Below are positions 20,163 to 30,027 of a stretch of DNA of 44,660 nt, piece by piece. The notes under the pieces are model-generated. The model searched no databases and was not told where the DNA came from. It saw only the letters and a program-made list of their open reading frames with translations. The stretch is from assembly GCA_031372565.1 (NCBI GenBank), contig JANMLN010000042.1, forward strand, positions 1 to 44,660, given 5' to 3'. Source of the DNA: Gemmatimonadota bacterium (lineage in GTDB: Bacteria > Gemmatimonadota > Gemmatimonadetes > Gemmatimonadales > Gemmatimonadaceae). A program made the translations under genes and the position numbers. The first letter of the stretch is position 1; each line of letters begins with the position of its first letter.

Positions 20163-20552
20163 ATGTCGGACATCATTCACACGATTGGCCGCCGCAAGGA
20201 AGCGGTGGCGCGCGTCTACCTCCGCCCGGGCTCGGGCAAGTGGGAGATCAACGGTCGCACGCTCGGCGACTATTTCCCGCGGCCGTCGCTCGTGACGGCC
20301 ATCCAGCAGCCGATGGCGATCACCGATACGGTCGGCCGCTTCGATGTCATGGCGACGATCGAAGGCGGCGGTCAGACGGGCCAGGCCGGCGCGCTCCGCC
20401 TCGGCGTCGCCCGGGCGTTGGTCGTCGTCGACGAGGCCAACAAGCCGAAGCTGCGCAATTTCGGACTCCTCACGCGCGACGCTCGCGCGGTCGAGCGCAA
20501 GAAGCCGGGCCGTCCCAAGGCTCGCAAGCGGTTCCAGTTCAGCAAGCGCTAG
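20163..20552 (+). CDS. rpsI: 30S ribosomal protein S9
   Basis: GRRKEAVARV, GGGQTGQAGA, LLTRDARAVERKKPG, C-terminal QFSKR. Confidence 0.98.
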   Translation: MSDIIHTIGRRKEAVARVYLRPGSGKWEINGRTLGDYFPRPSLVTAIQQPMAITDTVGRFDVMATIEGGGQTGQAGALRLGVARALVVVDEANKPKLRNFGLLTRDARAVERKKPGRPKARKRFQFSKR

Positions 20553-20564
20553 TCCTTACCCATC

Positions 20565-20652
20565 CCGCACGCGTCCCGAGTTCCCCTGGGGGTGCCGCCC
20601 ACTACCGGGCGGTCGCAGGGGGACCACGACGGACGCGGACGACCAACCCAGG
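20565..20652 (+). ncRNA. S2 ribosomal leader (t44-like) cis-regulatory RNA
   Basis: Immediately 5' of rpsB. Nested stems CGCGTCC/GGACGCG, TCCCCTG/CAGGGGG and GCCGCCC/GGGCGGT. Internal GGGTG can pair with downstream AACCC as in the t44 pseudoknot. Confidence 0.7.
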
Positions 20653-20663
20653 ATCACGACCAG

Positions 20664-21572
20664 ATGGCTCAGCCGACCCTCGAACAACTCCTCGCCGCCG
20701 GTGTCCACTTCGGACACCAGACGCGTCGGTGGAATCCCAAGATGCGCCGCTTCATTTTCGCGGAACGCAACGGGATCCATATCATCGATCTTCAGAAGAC
20801 GATCCGTCAGCTCGAAATCGCGCAACAGCTCGTGCGCGAAGTCGTGATGAAGGGCGAGAACGTCCTCTTCGTCTGCACCAAGCAGCAGCTGGCCGCCATT
20901 GTCGCCCAGCAGGCGGCCGCCTGCGGCGCGATGCACGTGACCGAGCGCTGGCTGGGCGGGCTCATGACCAACTTCCAGACGGTCAAGAAGCAGCTCAAGC
21001 GCCTCAAGGAGCTCGAGGCCGGCTCCGAGGAGGGCGGTGACTTCGAGAACTACACCAAGAAGGAACAGCTCCTGATGAGCCGCCAGCGCGACAAGCTGGC
21101 CAAGAACCTCTCGGGCATCAAGAATCTGACGCGCCTCCCCGGGCTCATGTTCGTGATCGACTCGAAGAAGGAGCGCATCGCCGTGACCGAGGCCAACAAG
21201 CTCGGCATTCCGATCGTCGCCATCTGCGACACCAACTCCGACCCGGATCTCATCACGGTGCCGATCGCCGGCAACGACGACGCGATTCGCTCGGTCGAAC
21301 TCATCGCGCAGGCGATCGCCGATGCGATCACCGAGGCCCGTCGCGAGGCCCCCTCGCGCGACGACCGCGACGAGTCCGAATCGTTCACGTACTCCTCCGA
21401 TCGTGGCGCCGAGCCCGCGGGCGAGGACGACAAGCGCAAGCGTCGCCGCCCCCGCCGTCGTCGGGCCAAGCCCGAGGCGATCGCCGCCCGACTCAAGGGT
21501 GGTGAAGAGGGAGCGGCCGACGCTCCCGCTGATGCGGCCGACGCCGGCGCGGACGACACGGCCGCCGAGTAA
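20664..21572 (+). CDS. rpsB: 30S ribosomal protein S2
   Basis: LLAAGVHFGHQTRRWNPKM, ERWLGGLMTN, DTNSDPD, PIAGNDDAIRS. Long charged C-terminal tail. Confidence 0.98.
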   Translation: MAQPTLEQLLAAGVHFGHQTRRWNPKMRRFIFAERNGIHIIDLQKTIRQLEIAQQLVREVVMKGENVLFVCTKQQLAAIVAQQAAACGAMHVTERWLGGLMTNFQTVKKQLKRLKELEAGSEEGGDFENYTKKEQLLMSRQRDKLAKNLSGIKNLTRLPGLMFVIDSKKERIAVTEANKLGIPIVAICDTNSDPDLITVPIAGNDDAIRSVELIAQAIADAITEARREAPSRDDRDESESFTYSSDRGAEPAGEDDKRKRRRPRRRRAKPEAIAARLKGGEEGAADAPADAADAGADDTAAE

Positions 21573-21600
21573 GGTCGGCGCCGTTCTGATGCTTCATCCC

Positions 21601-21632
21601 GACGCCGCCGGCCCTCGCAAGCTGGCGGCGTT
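21601..21632 (+). terminator. Stem-loop between rpsB and tsf (possible attenuator or stabiliser)
   Basis: GACGCCGCCGGC / GCTGGCGGCGTT 12-bp stem with G-U pairs. No strong U tract. Confidence 0.4.
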
Positions 21633-21659
21633 GCCACACCAACCGCAGGACTCTCCAGA

Positions 21660-22544
21660 GTGAGCACCACCATGGTCACCGCCAAGGACGTCGCTGAGCT
21701 CCGGGCCCGCACCGGCGCCGGCATGATGGATTGCAAGAAGGCCCTCGATGAAGCGCAGGGCAACATGGACCTCGCCGTCGAACTCCTGCGCAAGCGCGGG
21801 ATCGCCAAGGCCGAGAAGCGCACCGACCGTCAAGCGAGCGAGGGGCAGATCGCCCTCATCGTCGCGCCCGACGGCCAGTCGGGCTCCCTCATCGAGGTCA
21901 ACTCCGAGACCGATTTCGTGGGGCGCAACGACGAGTTCGTCGCCTTCTCGAAGGCGGTCGCCGAGCACGTCGCCCTCGACGACAACGTCAACGGCGTCGT
22001 GCACGTGGGCGCCGACGGGCAGTTGCTGGACGCCAAGTGGAAGCATGACGGCAGCCGCACCGTCGGCGAGGTCGTGAAGGGCGTCTCGGCCAAGACGGGC
22101 GAGAACGTGGTGCTGCGTCGTGTCGCACGCTTCAGCACCGACGGCACCATCGGGTCCTACCTGCATCACAACGGCAAGGTTGCCGTGCTCGTGGAACTCG
22201 CGGGCAAGGGACCGGCGGTGGACCAACTGGCCAAGACGGTCGCCGAGCACATTGCCGCCGGGGTACCGGCGGTGCCGGTGGCCGTCAACCGCGAGGAGGT
22301 CTCGGCCGAGCTCGTCGACCGCGAGCGTCGCATCTTCACCGAGCAGGCCGCTGCCAGCGGCAAGCCGGCGAACATCATCGAGAAGATGGTGGACGGCCGC
22401 ATCGCCAAGTATTTCGGCGAAGTGGTCCTGCTCGAGCAGCCCTGGGTCCGGGACGACAGCAAGACCATCGGCGGGCTGGTGAAGGAGGCGGGGGCCGGGG
22501 TGACCATCCGTCGCTTCGCCCGCTTCCAGATGGGCGAGGCGTAA
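21660..22544 (+). CDS. tsf: Translation elongation factor Ts
   Basis: ELRARTGAGMMDCKKAL, EVNSETDFV, GKPANIIEKMVDGRI. Alternative start ATG 21672. Confidence 0.98.
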   Translation: MSTTMVTAKDVAELRARTGAGMMDCKKALDEAQGNMDLAVELLRKRGIAKAEKRTDRQASEGQIALIVAPDGQSGSLIEVNSETDFVGRNDEFVAFSKAVAEHVALDDNVNGVVHVGADGQLLDAKWKHDGSRTVGEVVKGVSAKTGENVVLRRVARFSTDGTIGSYLHHNGKVAVLVELAGKGPAVDQLAKTVAEHIAAGVPAVPVAVNREEVSAELVDRERRIFTEQAAASGKPANIIEKMVDGRIAKYFGEVVLLEQPWVRDDSKTIGGLVKEAGAGVTIRRFARFQMGEA

Positions 22545-22550
22545 GCGGCC

Positions 22551-23294
22551 ATGTCCGGCGCATATCAGGTGCCGGTCGCGAGTCTGGAGCTCAAGTACCC
22601 GCGCGTCCTCCTCAAGATTTCCGGGGAGGCGCTTGCGGGGGACAAGGGGTTCGGGCTCGACTTTGACACGATCAGCCGGTTGGCCGGTGAGATCCGCGCG
22701 ATCGTGGCGATGGGCGCAAGCGTGGGGCTGGTGATCGGCGGCGGCAACATCGTCCGCGGCTCGCAGCTCTCGAAGATGGGCATGGACCGCGTGGCGGCGG
22801 ACTACATGGGCATGCTGGGGACCGTCATCAACGCCCTCGCCATGCAGGATGTGCTGGAGCGCGAAGGGATCGACACGCGCGTCATGACCGCGATCCGCAT
22901 GGAAGAGCTCGCGGAGCCGTACATCCGGCGGCGCGCCTTGCGCCATTTCGAGAAGGGGCGCACCGTGATCTTTGCCGCCGGCACGGGCAATCCGTACTTT
23001 TCCACCGACACGGCGGCAGTGCTTCGCGCGATCCAGATCAAGGCCGGGGTGATCATCAAGGCCACGGGCGTGGACGGCATCTTCACCGCCGACCCACGCA
23101 AGGATCCCTCCGCGAAGATGTACGAGACGCTGAGCTACCGCGACGTCATCGGCGAGGAGCTCGGCGTGATGGACCAGACCGCGATCACGTTGTGCAAGGA
23201 GAATTCGCTTCCCCTGATCGTCCTGAACATCCACCAACCGGGCGCGGTCGCGGCGGCGTTGCGCGGTGATCGCGTCGGAACCCTCGTCTCATGA
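22551..23294 (+). CDS. pyrH: UMP kinase
   Basis: [46 protein letters not shown]. Confidence 0.98.
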   Translation: MSGAYQVPVASLELKYPRVLLKISGEALAGDKGFGLDFDTISRLAGEIRAIVAMGASVGLVIGGGNIVRGSQLSKMGMDRVAADYMGMLGTVINALAMQDVLEREGIDTRVMTAIRMEELAEPYIRRRALRHFEKGRTVIFAAGTGNPYFSTDTAAVLRAIQIKAGVIIKATGVDGIFTADPRKDPSAKMYETLSYRDVIGEELGVMDQTAITLCKENSLPLIVLNIHQPGAVAAALRGDRVGTLVS

Positions 23295-23845
23295 CACCCA
23301 CCGAGCAGATCAAGAAGGACGCGAAGCTCCACATGGAGAAGTCGCTGGACGTCACCAAGAAGGAGATTGGTGGCATCCGTTCCGGCAAGGCGTCGCCGAA
23401 CCTCCTCGATACCGTGCGCGTCGAGGTGTACGGCCAGTTCCTGCCGCTCAATCAGGTGGCGAACATCGCCGCCCCGGAGCCACGCCTGCTCCTCGTCACC
23501 CCGTGGGACAAGGGGAATGCGAAGGCCATCGAGAAGGCGATTCGCGAAGCCGAACTCGGACTCGATCCTGCGCAGAACGCGGGGGTGATCCGCGTCCCGC
23601 TCCCGTCGCTCAACGAGCAGCGCCGCAAGGAGCTCGTGAAGGTCGTGCACAAGCTCGCCGAAGAAGGCCGCGTGGCGGTGCGCCACACGCGCACCGACGC
23701 CCGCGAGAAGCTGAAGAAGCTCTCGGGCATCTCCGAGGACGACGTCAAGCACGCCGAGAAGGACCTGCAGAAGCTGCATGACGAGTTCATCCACAAGGTG
23801 GACGACCTCCTCAAGGCGAAGGAAGCCGAACTGATGGAAGTTTGA
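23291..23845 (+). CDS. frr: Ribosome recycling factor
   Basis: [44 protein letters not shown]. Confidence 0.98.
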   Translation: MTPTEQIKKDAKLHMEKSLDVTKKEIGGIRSGKASPNLLDTVRVEVYGQFLPLNQVANIAAPEPRLLLVTPWDKGNAKAIEKAIREAELGLDPAQNAGVIRVPLPSLNEQRRKELVKVVHKLAEEGRVAVRHTRTDAREKLKKLSGISEDDVKHAEKDLQKLHDEFIHKVDDLLKAKEAELMEV

Positions 23846-23903
23846 CGGTGACGCGCACGCGCCACCGCCATCCGCGCGCACGCCGATCCGCGTCGCGCTG
23901 ATC

Positions 23904-24773
23904 ATGCAATCTCAGTTCGTGGTACGGCTCCTGACCGGGCTCGTCGCCGCACCCGCGGTGGTGCTGGCGGCGTGGCTCGGAGGCATCTGGTGGGCCGGGT
24001 TGATCGGCCTCACGTCGGCCATTGGCACGTGGGAGCTGTACCGGATGGCGCGCGCCGATGGCACGGCGCCGATCGCCTGGATCGGGATTCCCGCCAGTTT
24101 CGCGATTCCGATCCTGGTGCATGGCGCATTCCGCGACTGGTTCTACGTCCCCGTGAGTGCCGGCGTGGTCGGGATGCTGGCCGTCTTTGCCGCCCTCCTG
24201 CTCACGCGCTCGACGGGCGAGAAGCCGCTCGCCTCCGGCGCGGTCACGGTGCTCGGCGTCCTGTACACGGCCGGCACGCTGAGCTTCGCGTACGGTATCC
24301 GCTATCACCCGTACGTCATCGGCGCGGCGGCGGGTACCGCGTTGGCGGTGCTGCCCATCTGGATGACCTGGTCAACCGACACGGGGGCGTACCTGTTCGG
24401 CCGGATCTTCGGCGGCCGGAAGCTCATGCCGAGTGTGAGCCCGGGAAAGACCGTGTCCGGGGCCATCGGCGGGCTGCTGAGCACGATCCTCATGGCGTTC
24501 GCGTATATCCACTTCGTCCTGCAGCCACTGGCCGAGATCCGCATGACGGTGGGCGGCACCATCGCGTTCGCCCTGCTCACGTCGGTGGCAGCGCAAATCG
24601 GCGACCTCGTCGAGAGCCTGCTCAAGCGCGAAGCCGGGGTGAAGGACTCGTCGGGGATCTTCCCGGGACATGGCGGCGTCCTCGACCGGCTCGACTCGAT
24701 GTTCTTCGTCATCCCGATCACGTACCTCGTGCTCCCCTGGTTTCTGGTCGCGATTCCGCTCGGGATTCAATGA
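23904..24773 (+). CDS. cdsA: Phosphatidate cytidylyltransferase
   Basis: Multi-TM. DTGAYLFG, SPGKT, GDLVESLLKR, KDSSGIFPGHGGVLDRLDS. Confidence 0.95.
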   Translation: MQSQFVVRLLTGLVAAPAVVLAAWLGGIWWAGLIGLTSAIGTWELYRMARADGTAPIAWIGIPASFAIPILVHGAFRDWFYVPVSAGVVGMLAVFAALLLTRSTGEKPLASGAVTVLGVLYTAGTLSFAYGIRYHPYVIGAAAGTALAVLPIWMTWSTDTGAYLFGRIFGGRKLMPSVSPGKTVSGAIGGLLSTILMAFAYIHFVLQPLAEIRMTVGGTIAFALLTSVAAQIGDLVESLLKREAGVKDSSGIFPGHGGVLDRLDSMFFVIPITYLVLPWFLVAIPLGIQ

Positions 24774-25897
24774 TCGGCGTCGCCGTCCTTGGCTCGACGG
24801 GTTCCATCGGGACGACCGCGCTTCGCGTCCTGGAGCGCCAGCGGTCGCACTATCGCGTCACGGCGCTGACTGCGCACTCGAGCCAAGGTCTGCTGACCGA
24901 ACAGGTGGCGCGCTGGCAACCGGGCTTCGTGGGGCTCGTGCAGCGCGGGACCGCGCATCCGGCGGAGTGGCACTCCGGTCCGGAGTGTCTGGTCGCGGCC
25001 GCGCAACGCGACGACGTGCAGGTGGTCCTCAATTCGGTCGTGGGCGCGGCCGGGCTCGACGCGACCTTGGCGGCGCTCGAGTGCGGCAAGCGCGTGGCGC
25101 TCGCCAACAAGGAGACGCTGGTCATGGCCGGCGCGCTCGCCCTGGCGGCTGCCCGGCGGGGCGGGGGCGAGATCGTCCCGGTCGACAGCGAACATTCGGC
25201 GATTCTGCAGTGCATCGGCGCGCGGCCGGTGGCCGAAGTGCGTCGGCTGATCCTGACGGCCAGTGGCGGACCGTTCCGTCAGTGGACGCGGGCGCAGCTC
25301 GAAGAGGCCACGCTCGCGGACGCACTCAAGCACCCGACGTGGAACATGGGGCGCAAGATCACCGTAGACAGTGCAACGCTGGCGAACAAGGCGCTCGAGG
25401 TCATCGAGGCGCATGTCTTGTTCGGCATCCCGTACGAGCGGATCGAGGTCGTGGTCCATCCCCAGAGCGTCGTGCACAGCATGGTCGAGTTCGTGGATGG
25501 AAGTGTCCTGGCGCAGGTTGGGCAGCCGACGATGGAAATCCCGGTGCTCTACGCGCTCACGCATCCCCATCGCGTTCCGGACCAGGGGATTCCCGCGTTC
25601 GACCCGGTGAAGATGAGTCCGCTCACCTTCGAGCCCGTTCGACTCGATGACTTTCCCGCCCTGGCGCTCGGCCGAGAGGCCGGGATGGCGGGGGGAGCGG
25701 CTCCGGCCGTGTTCAATGCCGCCAATGAGGCGGCCGTGGCCCTGTTCCTCGAGGGAAAGATCCGATTCATGGCCATTCCTGCTGCCATCCGTTCCGCGCT
25801 CGATGCGGTCGGGGGCGCGCCCTCAGATTCACGCGCCGCGTTGGGTGAGGCCGATGCCCGGGCCCGCGCGCATGTTCGGGAGCACTTCGCATGCTGA
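24770..25897 (+). CDS. dxr: 1-deoxy-D-xylulose-5-phosphate reductoisomerase
   Basis: LGSTGSIG, ALANKETLV, PVDSEHSAI, LTASGGPF, HPTWNMGRKITVDSAT, NAANE. Confidence 0.97.
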   Translation: MIGVAVLGSTGSIGTTALRVLERQRSHYRVTALTAHSSQGLLTEQVARWQPGFVGLVQRGTAHPAEWHSGPECLVAAAQRDDVQVVLNSVVGAAGLDATLAALECGKRVALANKETLVMAGALALAAARRGGGEIVPVDSEHSAILQCIGARPVAEVRRLILTASGGPFRQWTRAQLEEATLADALKHPTWNMGRKITVDSATLANKALEVIEAHVLFGIPYERIEVVVHPQSVVHSMVEFVDGSVLAQVGQPTMEIPVLYALTHPHRVPDQGIPAFDPVKMSPLTFEPVRLDDFPALALGREAGMAGGAAPAVFNAANEAAVALFLEGKIRFMAIPAAIRSALDAVGGAPSDSRAALGEADARARAHVREHFAC

Positions 25898-27102
25898 CCT
25901 GGCTCGCGCCGCTTGTCGTCTTCGGGGTCGTGGTGTTTGTCCACGAACTCGGTCACTTCATTGCGGCCAAACTCACCGGGGTCTACGCGCCCGTGTTCTC
26001 CCTCGGTTGGGGCAGCAGGGCCTGGGGAAAGAAGATCGGAGAAACCGACTACCGGATCTCGTGGCTCCCGATCGGCGGCTATGTCCGCATGGCGAGCCGC
26101 GAAGACGAGACCATGTCGAAGATCGAAGGTGGCGGTGAAGCACCACTCCCGGACGGCGCCGCCGGTGCCGCAGCGTTGGCCGACTCGGGACACGCCAAGG
26201 GGTTGAACCCCGTGCAGTTCGATCCGTCGGCGCTCGCGCCGTTCGGTCCCAGGCCCGTGCCGTCGGATCGCTGGTTCGAGAGCAAGGGGCTGCCCGCGCG
26301 ACTCGTCATCATGCTCGCGGGCGTGACGATGAACTTTGCGCTGACGATCGCGGTCTCGATCTCGATCTTCCTGTTCTACGGCCGCCCGTATCTGGCACCG
26401 GTGCTCAATGAAGTACTCCCGGGAAAGCCGGCCGCAGCGGCGGGCTTTCTGGCCGGCGACAGCATCGTGGCGGTGGCGGGATCGCCTGTTCGCGACTGGC
26501 CGGCCTTCGTGCAGAAGATTGCTGCGGCGCCGGGTAAGGTGCTGACCGTCGACATCATGCGCGCCGGTACCGCGCAGCAACTGACCGTCACGCCGGAGCC
26601 GACCCCCGGTACCGACGACGAGACGGGCGAAGCCACGACGATCGGCAAGATCGGTGCAGCCCCCAAGTCCGCGATCCGTCGCAACCCGGTGGCGTTCCCG
26701 GACGCCGTGGGCGAAGGGTGGCGCACCACCGTGGCCATGGGCGGTCAGGTGCTCAAGGTCTTGCGCGGCCTGCTGAGCGGAACCGTGAGCGTGAAGCAGC
26801 TCGGCGGTCCGCTCGCGATCGCGCAGAGCAGCGTCGAGGCGGCCAAGACCGGCGGACTCGAATCACTGCTGGTGCTGCTCGCCTTCCTGAGCATCAACAT
26901 CGCCGTCCTCAACCTGCTCCCCATCCCGCTGCTCGATGGCGGACAGATCCTCATCAACATCGCGGAAACCGTGAAGGGGAGCGCGTTCTCCCCGCGCGTA
27001 CGCGAGGGGTTCATGCGCGTCGGATTTGCGGCAGTGATGCTCCTCTTCGTGGTCGTGATGTGGAACGACCTCTCGCGCATCGTGGCCCGACTGATGAGCT
27101 GA
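25891..27102 (+). CDS. rseP: RIP metalloprotease RseP
   Basis: HELGH, PIGGYV, PDZ domain, NLLPIPLLDGG. Located after dxr. Confidence 0.95.
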   Translation: MLTWLAPLVVFGVVVFVHELGHFIAAKLTGVYAPVFSLGWGSRAWGKKIGETDYRISWLPIGGYVRMASREDETMSKIEGGGEAPLPDGAAGAAALADSGHAKGLNPVQFDPSALAPFGPRPVPSDRWFESKGLPARLVIMLAGVTMNFALTIAVSISIFLFYGRPYLAPVLNEVLPGKPAAAAGFLAGDSIVAVAGSPVRDWPAFVQKIAAAPGKVLTVDIMRAGTAQQLTVTPEPTPGTDDETGEATTIGKIGAAPKSAIRRNPVAFPDAVGEGWRTTVAMGGQVLKVLRGLLSGTVSVKQLGGPLAIAQSSVEAAKTGGLESLLVLLAFLSINIAVLNLLPIPLLDGGQILINIAETVKGSAFSPRVREGFMRVGFAAVMLLFVVVMWNDLSRIVARLMS

Positions 27103-27109
27103 CGCGGGG

Positions 27110-28222
27110 ATGCGCTACCGCCGGATGCCCATCGAAGTGGAGTCGCCCGAGCAGATCGGCTACGACGCCATTCGCTTCAACCTCGCGGAGAGTTCGATGC
27201 GGGACCGCACGGTCGCCGACCTGCGGCTCGACCTCGACCTCGGACACACCCTCCTGCTGTACGGTGATCACCGCGGACATCCGCAGTTGCGCGAACTGCT
27301 CGCGGCGGAGGGTGGATGCGCCCCCGATCAGGTGCTGCTGACGACCGGCGCCGCCGGCGCCCTGTTCATCGTCGCGACAACGCTCCTCGAGGCCGGCGAT
27401 CATCTCGTGGTGTTGCGCCCCAACTACGCCACCAACATCGAGACACCACGCGCCATCGGTGCGCAGAGCACCTACGTCGATCTCAGTTTCGAACGCGGCT
27501 GGCAGTGGACGGTCGACCAGATCCTGTCGGCCATGACCGGGCGCACACGGCTCGTGAGCATCACCAGCCCGCACAATCCCACGGGCGTCGTGTTCGAGCG
27601 CGAGGCGCTGGCGCTCCTTGCAATGCGCGTCGCCGAACGCGGCGCCCATCTGCTGGTCGACGAGACCTATCGCGACCTGACGCTGACCGAGCCGTCCGCC
27701 TTCACCAGCGCCCTCGGCGAACACGTGATCAGCGTGTCGTCGTTGTCCAAGGCCTATGGCCTGCCGGGCCTCCGTCTTGGCTGGCTCATGACGCGAGACC
27801 ACGCGCTCAACGAGCGATTCCTGGCCGCGAAGGAGCAGATCTTCATCTGCGGCGCCGTGCTCGACGAGGCCATCGCGTACCAAGTCTATCGGCGTCGCGC
27901 CGAGGAACGTCCACGCATCGCGGCCGCGGTCGCGGCGGGCCGAGGGATCGTGCGCGACTGGATCAGCGCCGAGCCTGCCATGGAGTGGGTCGAACCAGCG
28001 GGTGGCGTGGTGGCCTTTCCGCGAATCCGGCCCGAGTCGCCCGTCGACGTCGCTCGCTTCTACGCGAATCTCAACGGGCAACTCGGCACGTGGGTGGGCC
28101 CCGGTCACTGGTTCGAGCAAGACGACCGATACATGCGGATCGGGTTCGGCTGGCCGACCGAGGCGGAGCTGCGTGGCGGTCTCGATGCCATCAGCGCCGC
28201 GCTCCGCATCGCCGCGACGTAG
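27110..28222 (+). CDS. PLP-dependent aminotransferase, class I/II
   Basis: TTGAAGAL, PHNPTG, VDETY, SLSKAYGLPGLRLGW (PLP lysine), MRIGFG. Confidence 0.88.
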   Translation: MRYRRMPIEVESPEQIGYDAIRFNLAESSMRDRTVADLRLDLDLGHTLLLYGDHRGHPQLRELLAAEGGCAPDQVLLTTGAAGALFIVATTLLEAGDHLVVLRPNYATNIETPRAIGAQSTYVDLSFERGWQWTVDQILSAMTGRTRLVSITSPHNPTGVVFEREALALLAMRVAERGAHLLVDETYRDLTLTEPSAFTSALGEHVISVSSLSKAYGLPGLRLGWLMTRDHALNERFLAAKEQIFICGAVLDEAIAYQVYRRRAEERPRIAAAVAAGRGIVRDWISAEPAMEWVEPAGGVVAFPRIRPESPVDVARFYANLNGQLGTWVGPGHWFEQDDRYMRIGFGWPTEAELRGGLDAISAALRIAAT

Positions 28223-28335
28223 CGCCACACGACCGGCACGGCGTCGTCACGACCGCCGTGGGATGTCGCGTCCGGGCGTGAACGCATGCAAATTGGCGGT
28301 GCCGACAACGGCGCGCGCCGCCTCCACCATCGATC

Positions 28336-29976
28336 GTGACCGCCATGCCCGCATTTCTCGTTCTCGCCGAGCCCCGGTCAGGTAGCCGGCACGAGTTCAC
28401 GCAGACGCCGATCCGGATCGGGCGAGACCCGGAATTCGAGCTGGTGATCACCGGCGACGGTGCGGCCGTGGTGTCGGGAACGCACGCGGTGCTCGAGCAT
28501 GACGGCAAGGCGTGGTCGGTCACCGATCTCGGCAGCCGCAACGGAACATGGCTCAACGGGACCCGCCTCGCCGCGAACGTGCGCACGCCGGTGTCAACGG
28601 GCGAAGTGCTGCAGCTTGGCGAGAGCGGCCCGCAGTTTCGCGTCGTCGCCACAGCGCCCAAGGTTGTCGCCGCCACCATGATCGAAAGCGCTGTGCCGCG
28701 CCCGGCGCCCGTGGTGCCCTCCGGCAAACCGCTGACCGCCTCGGCGACGCCGGGCGCCCCGTCACCCAGTGCCGGTGGTGCTGGCCCCGGCATGCGCACG
28801 ATGGCGTTCGAGCGCACGCTCAAGGACGAGAAAGCCAAGTCATCCTCGCGCATGCGCTCGGTCGTGATCGGCGCGAGCGCCGTCGTGGTCGTGGCCGTCG
28901 GCAGCGTCGTGGCCTTCAGCAGAATGCAGGCCGCCAAGCGCGAGACGGCGCTTGCCGCGCGCGAGGCCGAAGTTGCGCGGCAGGCGCAGGTGAACGATTC
29001 GCTGCGCCTGCTCGTGACCGCCGAGGCCGACCAACTCCGCGCGCGCCTCACGGCCGCGGAGTCCGCCGGCGGCAACGGTGTCCTGCTCGACAGCCTGTCG
29101 CGCGCACTCAGCGCGGCCAACCAGCGATCGGCCGAGCTGGAGAGTTCGCTGCAGCGCGCCGAGCGTGCTGTGGCACTGCAGCAGTTCTCGTCCGACAGCG
29201 CACGCCGGTCGGGGCTGCTGGAGATCGAGCGCCTCAAGGGCGAGGTCGGCAAGGCGGCGGCCGTCAAGACAACGAGCGGCGCTCGTCAGCGCGACAGCTT
29301 GCAGAAGCGACTCGATGTGGTGCAGGCGCAGGCCACCGAGGCGTCGCAGCTCGACGCGAAGGTCAAGGCATCGGGCGCCAACCTCGCGCAGCTCGCCCAA
29401 GTCAACGGCGCCTCGATCGGCATCGTGACGGCGTTCTTCGGCACGAAGACCAGGAGCGCATCCGGCGTCGTTGTCAGCGCGACCGGCGTCATGGTCACGA
29501 CGCGCTCGGCACTCCGCGACGGTGATGCCGAACCCGACAGCATCGAAGTCGCGCTCGGCGGAACCAAGACCAGGACGGCGGCCAGCGAGATCGCGGTCCC
29601 GGACGCGGGCGGACCGGACATCGGTCTCGTCCAGATCGACGAGTATGCCGGTCCGTTCGTGAAGAAGGTCGACTGGAAGGGCGCGTCGATCAAGGAGGGC
29701 GACGGCGTGGGCGTGATTGGCATGCCCGCCGGCGTCGCCGCGGGAACCGTCGCGCGGCCAACCATCGCGGCGGGGGTGCTCGGGGCGATCGCCAACGAGC
29801 AACTCGCCTACGACGCGACGACGTCGGTGGGTGCGCCGGGCGGCGCCATCTTCAACGCGGCGGGCGAGCTGATTGCGATCCATACCGGCAAGGGGGTGAA
29901 GGGACAGGTCGCGATGCTGCTCAAGCCGGCCCGCAAGCTCGTTCCCGACGACATGCGCAAGGAACTCGGCCTCTAG
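28336..29976 (+). CDS. FHA domain - TM - coiled coil - trypsin-like (inactive) protein
   Basis: FHA motifs IGRD, VSGTHA, DLGSRNGTWLNG. Pro/Ala linker, TM VVIGASAVVVVAVGSVVAF, helical Q/E/A/R-rich region, trypsin-fold motifs SGVVV, DIGLV, GAPGGAIFNAAGELIAI. Confidence 0.8.
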   Translation: MTAMPAFLVLAEPRSGSRHEFTQTPIRIGRDPEFELVITGDGAAVVSGTHAVLEHDGKAWSVTDLGSRNGTWLNGTRLAANVRTPVSTGEVLQLGESGPQFRVVATAPKVVAATMIESAVPRPAPVVPSGKPLTASATPGAPSPSAGGAGPGMRTMAFERTLKDEKAKSSSRMRSVVIGASAVVVVAVGSVVAFSRMQAAKRETALAAREAEVARQAQVNDSLRLLVTAEADQLRARLTAAESAGGNGVLLDSLSRALSAANQRSAELESSLQRAERAVALQQFSSDSARRSGLLEIERLKGEVGKAAAVKTTSGARQRDSLQKRLDVVQAQATEASQLDAKVKASGANLAQLAQVNGASIGIVTAFFGTKTRSASGVVVSATGVMVTTRSALRDGDAEPDSIEVALGGTKTRTAASEIAVPDAGGPDIGLVQIDEYAGPFVKKVDWKGASIKEGDGVGVIGMPAGVAAGTVARPTIAAGVLGAIANEQLAYDATTSVGAPGGAIFNAAGELIAIHTGKGVKGQVAMLLKPARKLVPDDMRKELGL

Positions 29977-30027
29977 GGTGCGGCGCCCCTAGCGCCGTCG
30001 TGTGCAGCGTGAGAGGCTTCCGGCCTC

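Noticed and set aside
23972..24769. 641-aa ORF appearing to extend Dxr
   Set aside because: An alternative frame over cdsA. Dxr starts at 24770 by ATGA coupling.
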